DNA from: Bacillota bacterium
GTDB lineage: Bacteria > Bacillota > UBA4882 > UBA8346
Direction: 5' to 3'
Length of the DNA stretch: 52,028 nt
NCBI GenBank assembly: GCA_003501335.1
Contig: DNPQ01000567.1
Location: 1 to 52,028, forward strand
Shown: positions 24,603-34,507 of the stretch, piece by piece
Layout: every line of letters starts with the position of its first letter
How positions within the stretch are numbered: position 1 is the first letter of the stretch
The notes under the pieces: model-generated
Database searches by the model: none
Told to the model about the DNA's origin: nothing
Seen by the model: the letters and a program-made list of their open reading frames with translations, nothing else
Program-made: the position numbers and the translations under genes

Positions 24603-26582
24603 TTACCCTCCCATCGTCACATCCGGAATAATTGCCAAAATTGTCACAGGAAGCGGATCACTTTGTCTAAAACAAATTCTGCCACCTTTGGTATAACCGC
24701 CATCTGCTAATGATTCATCATATTCCCCAGAATAAAGCGGTATTGGAGTTCCACTTGGCTGGCCTGAATATTGATTGACCTCTTTCATCTTATCAAAATT
24801 GGCTCCGATGTATCCGCCTCGGCTATTTTCAAAAATAAGTGTCACATTTGATATTTTTACATTCCGGGATTGAATTGTTCCATTATTTGTTGCGAAATCG
24901 ACATTTAAAGTTTCGAAGTCGGAAACATAAGGTAATCCAATGCAAACCTTAGAAGCTTCTCTTGATAAAGTTATCTTTCCATTGGTAACCATCAATCCTT
25001 TTTCTACATAACCATCCGCTAAGACGTTAACTGTTTTGCCTTCTAAATGATTAAGCCCGGATATTTCATCTGCTGGAACTCCTTTATATTTCAGCCAACA
25101 ATCCAGGAAGGTACAATCTGCTGGGTCTGTCGATGGCAGGCGATCCGGTAATCGTTCAACATAGCGTTTACCATCACGGTTAATGATGAACCATACTTCA
25201 TCATATCCATTGCCCGGAATAGTACACACTGATTCATAAAGGCCATCGGTTTGTATCGGTGTGCAACCTAAAATCTGCTGTTCTTTCAGATAAGTCATTG
25301 CCACCATGGAACCATCATTGAGAATAATCCAAATAATATGATCCGGTTCCTGCTGATAAGCCATTTCAACAACCGTTTTCCCTTTAAATAAATGATTTGC
25401 AAATATCGATATATCATCTCCTATATAGCCATCCGATTCATAGGAATATCCGATATCTTGCACAATAGTACCCATTGGCTGAACATATACAGCCCGGTTT
25501 TTAATGACAACAGGATCGGCAAGAGAACATCCGGAATGACCATCACACCGCTGCCTTAAAGATGTTGGTTTAATAATCCCATCCGACGAACCCGGCCCTA
25601 CATGCCATTCGGAATCTGAAGTCAAAGCCATAACATCGCCAAGGTCAACCATGTTTCTAATAGCATTGACCTTCCGTGAAGTCAAATAATTTGTAATGCT
25701 ATCAGTATCTTGTAAAGTGCCATGACTAATAAAATTATTATAGTCACCGGTTGTCGACATCCAATACCCTTGTGGGTCCGATGGTGTATTTCCAAATACT
25801 AATTTATCCTGGCAAAACATAACCGATGAAGGCCATCCCCGATAACCGGACCATGCTCCTTCCGCCCAATCATCTGTCACGGTTGTAGCTGCTAATGTTG
25901 AATATACCGTGGCACTCACAACCGTACTGCTTGTTACGGCAGTTATTTTGACACAGCCATATTGATCACCGTTATTATCGATATGGGTTCCAATTCTCCA
26001 CCAAGATCCAACGTGACCCGGATCAAAAATAGCCGATGAAGCTGTTAACGTGATGTTGCCGGTTGCAGCGCTGGGGGTTATTGTAGTGCTGGTGGCGTTG
26101 GCTCTCCGGTAGGGACCATTCTTAAATTCATACAAACCAATTGACCAGTTGGTATGTCCCGATCTCGTCAGTGTCCGGGGTGCATATTTTGGATGGACTA
26201 AAAAAAGCACGTCGGCCGATTGAGTAAACTTGATAGATGATAAATCGGCTTCGACAAAAGGTGACGTTATTTCGTATGGAACATTATTTAAAAGAATCTG
26301 GCCGCCATCCATGAAAAACCGGAAATACTGATCCCCAAACTCTATTGTATATGCTTGTTCTATTGAAAACTCAAAAGGAATAATCCTTGACCTTTTTGAA
26401 TTGTCTTTTGTTGCTGCAATGAATTCAGTTCCCGGCCTATTAGAGGTACCCCCGTGGGGATGAACAATCCAATTCTTTAATGCTTTGCAAGCAGTGGCAT
26501 ATCGCTGCAAATCAGTCCGATAACTGAGAGAAGGGGATATTTCACCCCCGGTAAAAGAAGGCTGTAATAAATCCATCCCCAT
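24603..26582 (-). CDS. Tail tubular protein B / nozzle (T7 gp12-like)
   Basis: 659 aa. The N-terminus (LLQPSFTGGEISPSLSYRTDLQRYATACKALKNWIVHPHGGTSNRPGTEF) is typical of podoviral nozzle proteins. It follows the gp11-like gene. Confidence 0.6.
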   Translation of the reverse strand: MGMDLLQPSFTGGEISPSLSYRTDLQRYATACKALKNWIVHPHGGTSNRPGTEFIAATKDNSKRSRIIPFEFSIEQAYTIEFGDQYFRFFMDGGQILLNNVPYEITSPFVEADLSSIKFTQSADVLFLVHPKYAPRTLTRSGHTNWSIGLYEFKNGPYRRANATSTTITPSAATGNITLTASSAIFDPGHVGSWWRIGTHIDNNGDQYGCVKITAVTSSTVVSATVYSTLAATTVTDDWAEGAWSGYRGWPSSVMFCQDKLVFGNTPSDPQGYWMSTTGDYNNFISHGTLQDTDSITNYLTSRKVNAIRNMVDLGDVMALTSDSEWHVGPGSSDGIIKPTSLRQRCDGHSGCSLADPVVIKNRAVYVQPMGTIVQDIGYSYESDGYIGDDISIFANHLFKGKTVVEMAYQQEPDHIIWIILNDGSMVAMTYLKEQQILGCTPIQTDGLYESVCTIPGNGYDEVWFIINRDGKRYVERLPDRLPSTDPADCTFLDCWLKYKGVPADEISGLNHLEGKTVNVLADGYVEKGLMVTNGKITLSREASKVCIGLPYVSDFETLNVDFATNNGTIQSRNVKISNVTLIFENSRGGYIGANFDKMKEVNQYSGQPSGTPIPLYSGEYDESLADGGYTKGGRICFRQSDPLPVTILAIIPDVTMGG

Positions 26583-26586
26583 AGGT

Positions 26587-27180
26587 TCATCCCCTTGCTT
26601 TTAAAAGACTTGATGTTTGTTTCTGAGTTTGATACCCTTCAGAAGCATTATTAACAGAGGCTTTATCAATAACCCGTAAATAAGTGTTCATTAAATCTGT
26701 TGAAAGAGAAGCGTTTCCCGTTAATGGTTTCGCTAAATTTGCGCCCAATTTCCACGAAAAAGCGTCCACAAAAGAAGCGTCGAATATTGTAGTATCAGTT
26801 ATGTTTGCGGTATATCTTATATAAGCAGAATCAAGATTACAAAGGATCAACTTTTTGCTTGAAACGTTTGAAGAAACAACCTCATAAGGCGGCAATTCAT
26901 CTGAATTATAAGTTGCCTCATTAAATATTTTTCTTATAGCTTCACAACTTTTAGGGTAAACATATACATAATCCCAACCAAAAAAAGTTTCACCATCGAC
27001 AGGTGCTAAAGCTTCAATTCTTCTTGCAAAGCTCCAATCATAATCTCGAAGGATCGCTTCTTTTGTAGGGTTGAATTCAATTTTACATTTTTCTGCGGCG
27101 CCGGCTTCATCGATCGAAGAAATCGATTTTTCTCCTAAACGGGATAAAGCCAGATTGCAGATATCAACTACAGAGGCCAT
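26587..27180 (-). CDS. Tail tubular protein A / adaptor (T7 gp11-like)
   Basis: 197 aa. ICNLALSRLGEKSISSIDEAGAAEKCKIEFNPTKEAILRDYDWSFA parallels T7 gp11 VNDILASIGEPPVSTLEGD…RRILNKINRQIQSRGWTFN. SD aaggagga lies upstream. Confidence 0.6.
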   Translation of the reverse strand: MASVVDICNLALSRLGEKSISSIDEAGAAEKCKIEFNPTKEAILRDYDWSFARRIEALAPVDGETFFGWDYVYVYPKSCEAIRKIFNEATYNSDELPPYEVVSSNVSSKKLILCNLDSAYIRYTANITDTTIFDASFVDAFSWKLGANLAKPLTGNASLSTDLMNTYLRVIDKASVNNASEGYQTQKQTSSLLKARG

Positions 27181-27210
27181 GGAAATTCCTCCTTAAAAAG
27201 AAAGGGGCGA

Positions 27211-27684
27211 CTATGCGCCGCCCCCTGTTAGTAATTCAATGAGTCCAGCTTTGTTAATGCTCGCAGGATAAGCTATACCCTTTTCATCAAGTAAAGCCTT
27301 GAGTTCATTGTTGGTTTTTCCGATGAGTTCCGGTGGAATGTCTGATTCATTGTTCTCCGGTATAACACTCTTTAAAATATTAATCAGTTGCGCCGTACTT
27401 GCATTGGATGGATATTCAATCTTTTTTTCGTCCAGCAAGTTACGCAATTCAACATTGGATTTGTCATCCAACTCTTCTGGTTTAGATGGTTCTTTATTTT
27501 CATTAACCACGGGGCCTAATTTTATATATTTAATAATTTCAGTCCCGTCCGGATAGGTAAAATGCTTCATTTCCGGCATTTTTAATTCCTCGGGTGTAAC
27601 ATTATGGATAATTTCACCGATTTTATCCCAGTGTCTTCCCCGAAATCCATAGGATTTGTTTTTTACTTTAATATCCATACTCAT
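27211..27684 (-). CDS. Head-module protein with two HeH/SAP-like repeats
   Basis: 157 aa with duplicated motifs NVELRNLLDEKKIEYPSNASTAQLINILK and NNELKALLDEKGIAYPASINKAGLIELL. The start may be the second ATG at 27678. Confidence 0.55.
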   Translation of the reverse strand: MSMDIKVKNKSYGFRGRHWDKIGEIIHNVTPEELKMPEMKHFTYPDGTEIIKYIKLGPVVNENKEPSKPEELDDKSNVELRNLLDEKKIEYPSNASTAQLINILKSVIPENNESDIPPELIGKTNNELKALLDEKGIAYPASINKAGLIELLTGGGA

Positions 27685-27690
27685 TACCTC

Positions 27691-28089
27691 CTAAGATAGC
27701 ATAACGCTCGTATCGAGATAGGCATCAACCTTTCCAGCGGTAAAGGCTTCCGTTGCATTGTCATAATATACCCTGATATACCTTTCCAAGCCTTCCGGCA
27801 ACCGCATTTTGACCAAATTTTTTCCGGCAGTCAAAGCAGCTACTGCAAAGATTTGGCTGGTAAATAAATTCGTAGGCGTAGTAAAGCTGCTATTATCATC
27901 AGTTTGCAACTGAATGGCTAATGTTCCAGTACTATTAGCGGAAGCAAAAGCGGTTTCAACATTTACTACAAGCCATAGCTCTTCGATTGCCCTTCCTGGT
28001 GCTAGAGTATCAACATAGGGTTGAGTTAAACACGCAGAATCCACTGTTATTGCTTGAGCATCGGAAAAAACTAACATGGCATCTAGCAT
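27691..28089 (-). CDS. Capsid decoration/cement-type protein (by position; possibly Bbp16-like)
   Basis: 132-aa beta-rich ORF directly downstream of the major capsid gene. I recall a resemblance to BPP-1 Bbp16-type proteins but have not verified it. Confidence 0.45.
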   Translation of the reverse strand: MLDAMLVFSDAQAITVDSACLTQPYVDTLAPGRAIEELWLVVNVETAFASANSTGTLAIQLQTDDNSSFTTPTNLFTSQIFAVAALTAGKNLVKMRLPEGLERYIRVYYDNATEAFTAGKVDAYLDTSVMLS

Positions 28090-28110
28090 TTATATCATCC
28101 TTTCGATCTT

Positions 28111-28143
28111 AAAATTAATAGGCGGTCTTTTAAGACCGCCTAT
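28111..28143 (-). terminator. Strong hairpin right after the major capsid gene, likely a partial terminator or stabiliser
   Basis: Perfect 10-bp stem ataggcggtc / gaccgcctat with a 6-nt loop and an AT-rich tail. Confidence 0.5.
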
Positions 28144-28145
28144 TT

Positions 28146-29165
28146 TTACGCTACAACAGATTCACTATCCAGCAATTGGTCAAGGCGACCAATCGGAGTT
28201 CCCATAAAAGAAAGACGTTTACGCACGATGTTGCCAGCAGTCGTAAAGTCTTCCATTGACAAAAACAAATTATTCTTGTTGAGTAGTTTCATCTTCAAGG
28301 CGGTATGAACGTGTTTACGAGCATAGAAGCAAAGTTTAACACCTTCCATACCTTCTTCCGGAAGACGATCCATAGCTTGAATCATTAATTTGAGCAAGTT
28401 ACAGCTCGTATCGGTAGCGTCTCCGGCGGTCGCTAAATCACTCTTATCAATATTGGCAATCCGAATCGCAAAGCGCCAATCCTCAACGCAGATACCGTTA
28501 TACCAAGTATGATAAGAACGAACTACTTCCCGTTTTTTACCGTTCACTTCCTTAGTTACCCGGCCAAGATCTTCCATTTTGTACATAGGTTGAGTACCTT
28601 GAGGATATAAGCAATGAACCGTTTCGGGACTCCAGCCAATTAACCACATGCTGGTATTGTCGGTTCCGGTTCCACCACCTGATAAAATATTGTAGCCAAT
28701 ATTGGTTTCCGAGGTAGACATTTTAGAATATCTTGGAGCAAAGCCATGGATTTTTTCAGGTGTTTTCGTTGCATCGGCGTAAATCATAGCAGCTGCCATT
28801 GTTTTACTAAGACCGGATATAAACGCTTTTTCTTTGTTGAACCTCCAACCGGCATCCAGGTTATTTTGCTTCCACATTTCATAGTCGATTTCAGAATAAG
28901 TCCCCAACATGCCGCAAGTGTCTGCCAACGCTTTGGCCCCAAATTTTTCATCTTCGAAACCATCATTAAACTTAAACCATTGGCCGGACGGCTCATCCGT
29001 CATCTGATGAAACACATGCTGCGTACCATTATTGCATTGTACATGTGGAGCATCCCAAAGGATTTCATTTGATTCATTAAGAACCTCGACAATTTTGGTA
29101 TCGATGCTATTATCGGGATTCTTTTGCCTTGCAATATCAAGCAAGGTTAATACCTCATTTGCCAT
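28146..29165 (-). CDS. Major capsid protein
   Basis: 339 aa. It follows the scaffold gene and is followed by a strong hairpin. Its size and position are typical of HK97-fold capsid proteins in BPP-1/T7-like modules. Confidence 0.7.
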   Translation of the reverse strand: MANEVLTLLDIARQKNPDNSIDTKIVEVLNESNEILWDAPHVQCNNGTQHVFHQMTDEPSGQWFKFNDGFEDEKFGAKALADTCGMLGTYSEIDYEMWKQNNLDAGWRFNKEKAFISGLSKTMAAAMIYADATKTPEKIHGFAPRYSKMSTSETNIGYNILSGGGTGTDNTSMWLIGWSPETVHCLYPQGTQPMYKMEDLGRVTKEVNGKKREVVRSYHTWYNGICVEDWRFAIRIANIDKSDLATAGDATDTSCNLLKLMIQAMDRLPEEGMEGVKLCFYARKHVHTALKMKLLNKNNLFLSMEDFTTAGNIVRKRLSFMGTPIGRLDQLLDSESVVA

Positions 29166-29190
29166 TGTAAACGCCTCATTTCTTTAAAAA

Positions 29191-29937
29191 TTATTTTTTG
29201 GGAAGGGATTTTGCATAAAACTCTTCCAGAACTTCTTTGTCTGATTTAACGTGAGTTTTTGAACCTTCTTCAAGATGATCTTCCGCTAGTGCATGTCCTC
29301 CATTAATCATCATTTTCACAATCCCAGGATGATTAAAAAGGCCCATTTTGTCCATAAAGTCAGCAGTTTCTTTGTCAATAAATTGATCGCGGAATTTGGC
29401 CCCGAATATCTTCTCTTTGTCCCAGTTATTGCCGTATGCTTTAAGGGTTTCATCCTTCCAGCCTTCGGTGGTCTTATTCCATTCAGCCTCGTTACTCTTC
29501 TGGACTTCTTTTAAATAATCACCTTCGGCATTGACAAGTTTCTGAGCCTGCTCGTTCGTCAAGTTAAGTTCTTTGAATAAGCCTGTAACCTTTTCGGTGT
29601 TAGCCTCATTCAAGACCATTCCTTCAGGAGCGGTAAACTCATACTTTTCTGGCACGCCTTCGGGTTTTTCCGGTTCTTTTTTTTCCGGATCTGTTTTTCC
29701 AGGATCCTTTGGCGGATCTCCCGGTTTCGGTTCTGGTTCTGTTGGTTTTGGCGGATCGGCGGGAGTTGGTTCCGGTGTCGGCGGATCTGCAGGTGCCGGG
29801 TTAGGGGCAGGGGCAGGAGCCGGATTTGGATCAGCTGCAGGCGGATCACCCAATAAAGAACCGGCATGATGCTGTAAATCAATGTGTGTTATGGCCTGTA
29901 CGGTGTCATCCTGTGGGCCATTGAAAGAGTCAATCAT
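29191..29937 (-). CDS. Scaffolding protein with a Pro-rich N-terminal low-complexity region
   Basis: 248 aa with the SD aaggagga. It has a PAPAPAPNPAPADPPTPEPTPADPPKP tract and then a helical, charged C-terminal part. It lies between the portal-side genes and the capsid gene. Confidence 0.6.
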   Translation of the reverse strand: MIDSFNGPQDDTVQAITHIDLQHHAGSLLGDPPAADPNPAPAPAPNPAPADPPTPEPTPADPPKPTEPEPKPGDPPKDPGKTDPEKKEPEKPEGVPEKYEFTAPEGMVLNEANTEKVTGLFKELNLTNEQAQKLVNAEGDYLKEVQKSNEAEWNKTTEGWKDETLKAYGNNWDKEKIFGAKFRDQFIDKETADFMDKMGLFNHPGIVKMMINGGHALAEDHLEEGSKTHVKSDKEVLEEFYAKSLPKK

Positions 29938-29951
29938 TGCATAAATCCTCC

Positions 29952-30230
29952 TTAAAGTTTTTCGTTAATAAATACCAAGTCTGTTTCCAATCGACTAATC
30001 ATTTGGTCTATCTTTGCAATTAAAAACTCCATCTCGTTACTAGATGGAGCCTTTTCGGAAGCGTCATTGGGATCTACTGGTCTAGGTAAAAACAATTTAC
30101 CGTTAATTGAATTCGTCACGCTCTGAGCAGAAACTAAAATGGCCATTACTTTTTCTAAACGTTCTCTAAGAACTGGTTCTTTAGGAACACCAGCTGTACA
30201 TTTACTATCACTTTGATTCATTAACAACAT
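29952..30230 (-). CDS. Hypothetical head-module protein
   Basis: 92-aa ORF in the operon. No motif was recognised. Confidence 0.45.
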   Translation of the reverse strand: MLLMNQSDSKCTAGVPKEPVLRERLEKVMAILVSAQSVTNSINGKLFLPRPVDPNDASEKAPSSNEMEFLIAKIDQMISRLETDLVFINEKL

Positions 30231-30242
30231 TCCTTTCCAAAT

Positions 30243-30758
30243 TTACTTTTTAGAAGTTCCCTCGACATTACGTTTTTCTCTGTCCGTCTTGCGCTTAAGG
30301 CTCCATAATAAAGCCTCATCCAGCTTGGTAATCATCATGCTGGTTTCGCGGCATGGAACACGCTGGTTAAACACAGTCAATACATCTTTGGCAAATTCAA
30401 TAACGTCATCAATCTGGCAGCCATTAACTCCAACCTCTTTAATAGGACCGCCTTGACCGATGAAAGTAACACTTCCATCGTTGATTATAATATAAGGTTT
30501 ATACTCTCCATTTGGAAACGGGTAAGCCCTTTCGCCTTCTTTTCTTGTTAAAGATGTTGGATGGTCGATTCGATGATAGGCCTCTTCGAAAATATCTTTC
30601 GGGCTCCAAGAAACATATCCATCTTGATAACCAACCTTATACCCTTCTCGATTTGGGTCTTCATTTTCTGGAATAGTCCACCCTCGAAACTTGTTGTAAT
30701 CGCCTAAATTCATTGGCTCTGCATCGATAATTTTTGTTCCTAAATATTTTTCCATCAA
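30243..30758 (-). CDS. Conserved phage protein, two-domain, function unknown
   Basis: 171 aa. The N-terminal KIIDAEPMNLGDYNKFRGWTIPENEDPNREGYKVGYQDGYVSWSPKDIFEEAY and the C-terminal ITKLDEALLWSLKRKTDREKRNVEGT blocks both recur in many phages, from memory. Confidence 0.55.
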   Translation of the reverse strand: MMEKYLGTKIIDAEPMNLGDYNKFRGWTIPENEDPNREGYKVGYQDGYVSWSPKDIFEEAYHRIDHPTSLTRKEGERAYPFPNGEYKPYIIINDGSVTFIGQGGPIKEVGVNGCQIDDVIEFAKDVLTVFNQRVPCRETSMMITKLDEALLWSLKRKTDREKRNVEGTSKK

Positions 30759-31069
30759 TTTTCCTCCTCTTGTTCTTTTAATGCCTTATCCTCTCGATAC
30801 ATTTGATCGAGGGACTTAAACCCGCTTACGTCCATAATCTCTTTTTGCAGACTCTTTCCTATAAACTGTTTTCCCCATTCATAAACATCCCGGCTGTTTC
30901 CCATAAATCCGGTTTCAAAAGTCATGGCCTTGTTAAGCCATTTCCAAATAAAACGACGACCCCGCGGATCTGAAAGAATCCATCGAAGGTCGTCTTGTTC
31001 TCGCTGTAATTTTTTTTTGGATCGTTCCTCTTGCTTCTTCACCTGTTCGGCGGTTGCTGTTTGATTCAC
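30755..31069 (-). CDS. Hypothetical head-module protein
   Basis: 104 aa. It overlaps its neighbours by 4 nt at both ends, which indicates a coupled operon. Confidence 0.5.
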   Translation of the reverse strand: MNQTATAEQVKKQEERSKKKLQREQDDLRWILSDPRGRRFIWKWLNKAMTFETGFMGNSRDVYEWGKQFIGKSLQKEIMDVSGFKSLDQMYREDKALKEQEEEN

Positions 31070-32730
31070 CGCTGCGTACCACCTCCCATTAAGGCAGTTA
31101 AGGCATTATTACTGCCAAGGTCTGCGCCAGATAACGTTTTAGCGCTATTAGCAACCTGATCCAAGGCTTGCATTTGAGCCGCAGCCTGCTGCGCTTGATG
31201 TTTTTGTTGTCTAATCTTTGCGACATCCTCATCACTTCGAACAACCTTTGGAGGCGTACCATTCATTTCTGCAATTTGGTCTACTGCTTCATCGGCATCG
31301 AACTTATCAACTACATCCGGATAAGCTCCGGCTATTGACATTACAAAAGTCGCAGTCTGTTGAATGGTTGTAATGCTTGATGCTTTTTGGGCCATAGCCA
31401 GCAATGAGGTATATTCAATCTTTAACTCCATACCTTGAATTTCTTTTGGGGGTTCCGGCAATCTTCCGACACGATTTGCAATATTAAATGTTCTTTCCAT
31501 GCCGGGGTTTAACCCTTCTCCAAATATCCGTTCCAACACTGGACCAAGAATTTGCATTTTTTCCTGCTTCAATTCAATGATTTCAGTCGCCGTTTTCCTC
31601 GGATCGTCCAGTGTTGATTGAAGCATCAAAAAGATATCAGTATAAAACTTAGCTTTAATTCTGCCCTCAATAGTTGATATTCGTTGTTCTATTTCCTGCA
31701 AAGGTGGGCTGATTTGATAGACCGGGATAATTTTTTGGTTTTCTGTTTGTCCGTAAGTAGAAATACCTCCAGGTAATGCATTAACCATATCAGTACTAGA
31801 AGATTTTTGAACTGGTGGATTGATAACTTTATCTAATGCAATTAAATATTGTTCCTCTGCTGTCTGTAGCTCTCTTGAATCTCCCAATCCTCTGCGCCCA
31901 GGATTATTCTTCCCATATATGTCATTAGCAACAATATCCCATCTGGGAGCAATAATCGGAAATTCTTGATAGCCTCCAATTCGCAAATATGTATCTGCCG
32001 TACTTCCAGGCTCCCAATAAATAGAACGATATAGCATATTCTTAAAATCTTTACGGCCTTCGATTCTATCATCATTTTCTTCGATTAAGTGATATGCAGA
32101 AAACATAGTCGTAAATGTGCTATTGTCATAAGCTGTTTTTACTGACTCCGAAACATTATCTATACCAAATTTACGCACCATCTGTAAGGCGTTCATTTGA
32201 ATGATTCTAGCGAATGAATTGACTCGACCATCTGCGCCGGTTCCTAAGTAATATTCCCCGGCAGTAAAACACCGACACCGAATAGTAGTCTTGTAATCTT
32301 CTTCAATAATCACCGCAGCAGTTCCAAACGTTCCAAGTTCTTCGTAAAGGGAATACATCACATCGTAAAAATTTGATTTCGCATAAATATCAAATAAAAT
32401 CTGCTGAACATCATCCAAATACATCCTAACAGCTTGATATTCTGACAGATCAGGGTCTGAAACTCCCAATCTAAACCATGGAAGCGCAGGAGAAGTTAAG
32501 CCGCCTCTCATTCCTGCAGCAAGGGTTTGAACGGAATCTGTCGGCGTTGAATTCAGTAATATCTTATAATCAATTCCAACATTCGGATCATTCGTAATTT
32601 GCCCATCAAAAAAACCCCTTTCGGGGTCTATGTACTTTGATAACTCTTTATATGTCGGTTCCCATTTTTGATACTCCTGCTTCATGAAATCAAAAGTGCG
32701 CTCAAATGGTTTACGGTCCATCCCTTGCAT
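31066..32730 (-). CDS. Portal protein (podovirus head-to-tail connector type)
   Basis: 554 aa, lying just downstream of the terminase genes. SD aggtga lies upstream. Its size and N-terminal pattern are consistent with T7 gp8-like connectors. Confidence 0.7.
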   Translation of the reverse strand: MQGMDRKPFERTFDFMKQEYQKWEPTYKELSKYIDPERGFFDGQITNDPNVGIDYKILLNSTPTDSVQTLAAGMRGGLTSPALPWFRLGVSDPDLSEYQAVRMYLDDVQQILFDIYAKSNFYDVMYSLYEELGTFGTAAVIIEEDYKTTIRCRCFTAGEYYLGTGADGRVNSFARIIQMNALQMVRKFGIDNVSESVKTAYDNSTFTTMFSAYHLIEENDDRIEGRKDFKNMLYRSIYWEPGSTADTYLRIGGYQEFPIIAPRWDIVANDIYGKNNPGRRGLGDSRELQTAEEQYLIALDKVINPPVQKSSSTDMVNALPGGISTYGQTENQKIIPVYQISPPLQEIEQRISTIEGRIKAKFYTDIFLMLQSTLDDPRKTATEIIELKQEKMQILGPVLERIFGEGLNPGMERTFNIANRVGRLPEPPKEIQGMELKIEYTSLLAMAQKASSITTIQQTATFVMSIAGAYPDVVDKFDADEAVDQIAEMNGTPPKVVRSDEDVAKIRQQKHQAQQAAAQMQALDQVANSAKTLSGADLGSNNALTALMGGGTQR

Positions 32731-32738
32731 AAGATCAC

Positions 32739-33023
32739 CTACTGTCCTAATAAAGTCTTTTTCCCAATCTGTGCCTGGCTTAAATCTCCGCTTGTTGAAG
32801 TCTTAATGGTTGACATCATCCCCTGGCGCGCTGCAAGTTCTTTGCGCCTTTTTTCAGCTTCCGCCGTTGCTTCTGCTTCTGTATCAGCCTGCGTCTGCTT
32901 TTGGTCATTAATATAAGTTTCTTGCTCTTGCTTAGCCTCTTTAGCGTCTTTAGCAGCCTTATGTTGCTCAACAGCTCCATATATAGCTGTTACTGCCGCA
33001 ATTACTGCTCCTACCATTCCCAT
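32739..33023 (-). CDS. Small membrane-anchored, charged protein between terminase and portal
   Basis: It has an N-terminal TM (MGMVGAVIAAVTAIYGAV) and then a Lys/Glu/Ala-rich helix. ATG at 33023 (SD gaggtg) is preferred to the track's GTG at 33032. Confidence 0.5.
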   Translation of the reverse strand: MGMVGAVIAAVTAIYGAVEQHKAAKDAKEAKQEQETYINDQKQTQADTEAEATAEAEKRRKELAARQGMMSTIKTSTSGDLSQAQIGKKTLLGQ

Positions 33024-33028
33024 TATAA

Positions 33029-34507
33029 TCACCTCTTGAATGGAGTGTATTTTGTAGTACCATTTGTATAAAACTGTGGTTTATTACCAAGGCCACTATT
33101 CTTCTTTTGAACTGGAAAGGCGAATGACAACGCGAGTGAATCCCCACGGTTTGGCGATGGTAATCCTAAATCATCTTTCATTTCTTCTTTTGACATAAGC
33201 TGTTTCTTTCCATCAAGTCTCGGTACTGTTTCAGGCCCTATCAGATCTTCATATAAAACTTGATCTTTTGGAATTGAGCCCCCTTGTTTCAACCATTCTT
33301 TGGTTTGGTCCCAAATATAAGCCCTCATATTAAGGCATCCAGGGTCAGGGGATTTCTCATTGAACCAAACTAATAGCCAATGTTTCCTGCCCATCGTATG
33401 ACCGGCGCTTAATATACCTGTTCCATAGCCTCCATCAATAAATACCGCATCGGCTTGCTCTTCATCTTCATACTGAGCGATAATATTGGCAATAAGGACA
33501 TCATTATCATTCTTCTCCATTGTTCGGAGAATCTTAAACGCCAACCCTTGCCGCATTGCTATAACCAATTCGTCATCACCGGACCAGGCCGGATCGCAGG
33601 TAATAATCTTTGGAGCGAAATTATATTGTTCCGGTCGCAAAAACCTTCCATAGGCACCGTCAACCAATACGGTTGAAATGAATTGTTTTGCCGATTGTGT
33701 CGGGAACATACCACGAACACGAACCTTAAAGAAGTCTGAATCTTCGCCATAAGTATTAAGCCACTTTTGGATCTGCTTTTTATTAGATACTTTAGCTGAC
33801 CGGCTGTCGACTTCCCATGTTTTCCATAAACCTCTTAACTTCCGCCAGCATTCCCGGAATCGTCCTGTGTTTCTGGTAGGATTTCCGAATGCTAACCAAA
33901 TAATCTGTGTATCGGCATCCGTCAGAGCGCCTTCGGTTACTTCCCAAATCTTATCATCAATAGCTGAAGCCTCATCGAAGATAACGATGATTCTTTTTCC
34001 CTTGTTATGGAGTCCGGCGAATGCTTCAGTATTATTGACCGACCACGGAACCGCATCGGCACGCCAGTTCTTTTCATGCGCTTTATCATTTGAATAAATA
34101 GCGATAGCAGTACAAACGAATAAATCTTTAGTTAAAGAAAGCCGGTGCCACTTTTGTAGCTCCGGCCAAGTCTTATTTGTTAATTGCTTTTCGGTGTTTG
34201 CTGTTACAACTATTCGAGTATCTTCAAGAGTATCAAGCCCCCATTTAATAACCCAGGCAACCAAAGCAGATTTCCCAATACCATGGCCGGAAGCGACAGC
34301 CTCTTGAATTACATCTTCAAAATTAACTAACTCACCTTTCTTTAACTTGTCGCCAATATCGATTAAGAGTTTTATTTGCCATTCATCAGGACCGTCTTGG
34401 TCTGCTAGTTCGCCCTGGCCCCATTCCCAGTTATACATAACATAACCGTAGGGATCTAATTCAAATTGTATTAAATCATTGATCAATTCCTCTTTGTTTT
34501 CTGGCAT
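33029..34507 (-). CDS. Terminase large subunit
   Basis: Walker A-like SGHGIGKS, Walker B IIVIFDEAS, and nuclease-type acidic motifs (ITCDPAWSGDDE, VFIDGGYGTG). ATG at 34507 (MPENKEEL, with upstream gggag) is preferred to the track start at 34564. Confidence 0.85.
   Translation of the reverse strand: MPENKEELINDLIQFELDPYGYVMYNWEWGQGELADQDGPDEWQIKLLIDIGDKLKKGELVNFEDVIQEAVASGHGIGKSALVAWVIKWGLDTLEDTRIVVTANTEKQLTNKTWPELQKWHRLSLTKDLFVCTAIAIYSNDKAHEKNWRADAVPWSVNNTEAFAGLHNKGKRIIVIFDEASAIDDKIWEVTEGALTDADTQIIWLAFGNPTRNTGRFRECWRKLRGLWKTWEVDSRSAKVSNKKQIQKWLNTYGEDSDFFKVRVRGMFPTQSAKQFISTVLVDGAYGRFLRPEQYNFAPKIITCDPAWSGDDELVIAMRQGLAFKILRTMEKNDNDVLIANIIAQYEDEEQADAVFIDGGYGTGILSAGHTMGRKHWLLVWFNEKSPDPGCLNMRAYIWDQTKEWLKQGGSIPKDQVLYEDLIGPETVPRLDGKKQLMSKEEMKDDLGLPSPNRGDSLALSFAFPVQKKNSGLGNKPQFYTNGTTKYTPFKR

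Noticed and set aside
29573-29882. ORFs 29573..29869 (+) and 29610..29882 (-), rich in Gly/Ser or Arg/Gln
   Set aside because: They are alternative-frame or antisense readings of the Pro/Ala/Glu low-complexity tract of the scaffold gene. Repetitive sequence keeps all frames open.
33455-34097. ORFs 33455..33676 (+), 33559..33750 (-) and 33867..34097 (+)
   Set aside because: They are embedded in or antisense to the terminase large-subunit gene, which has clear ATPase and nuclease motifs.
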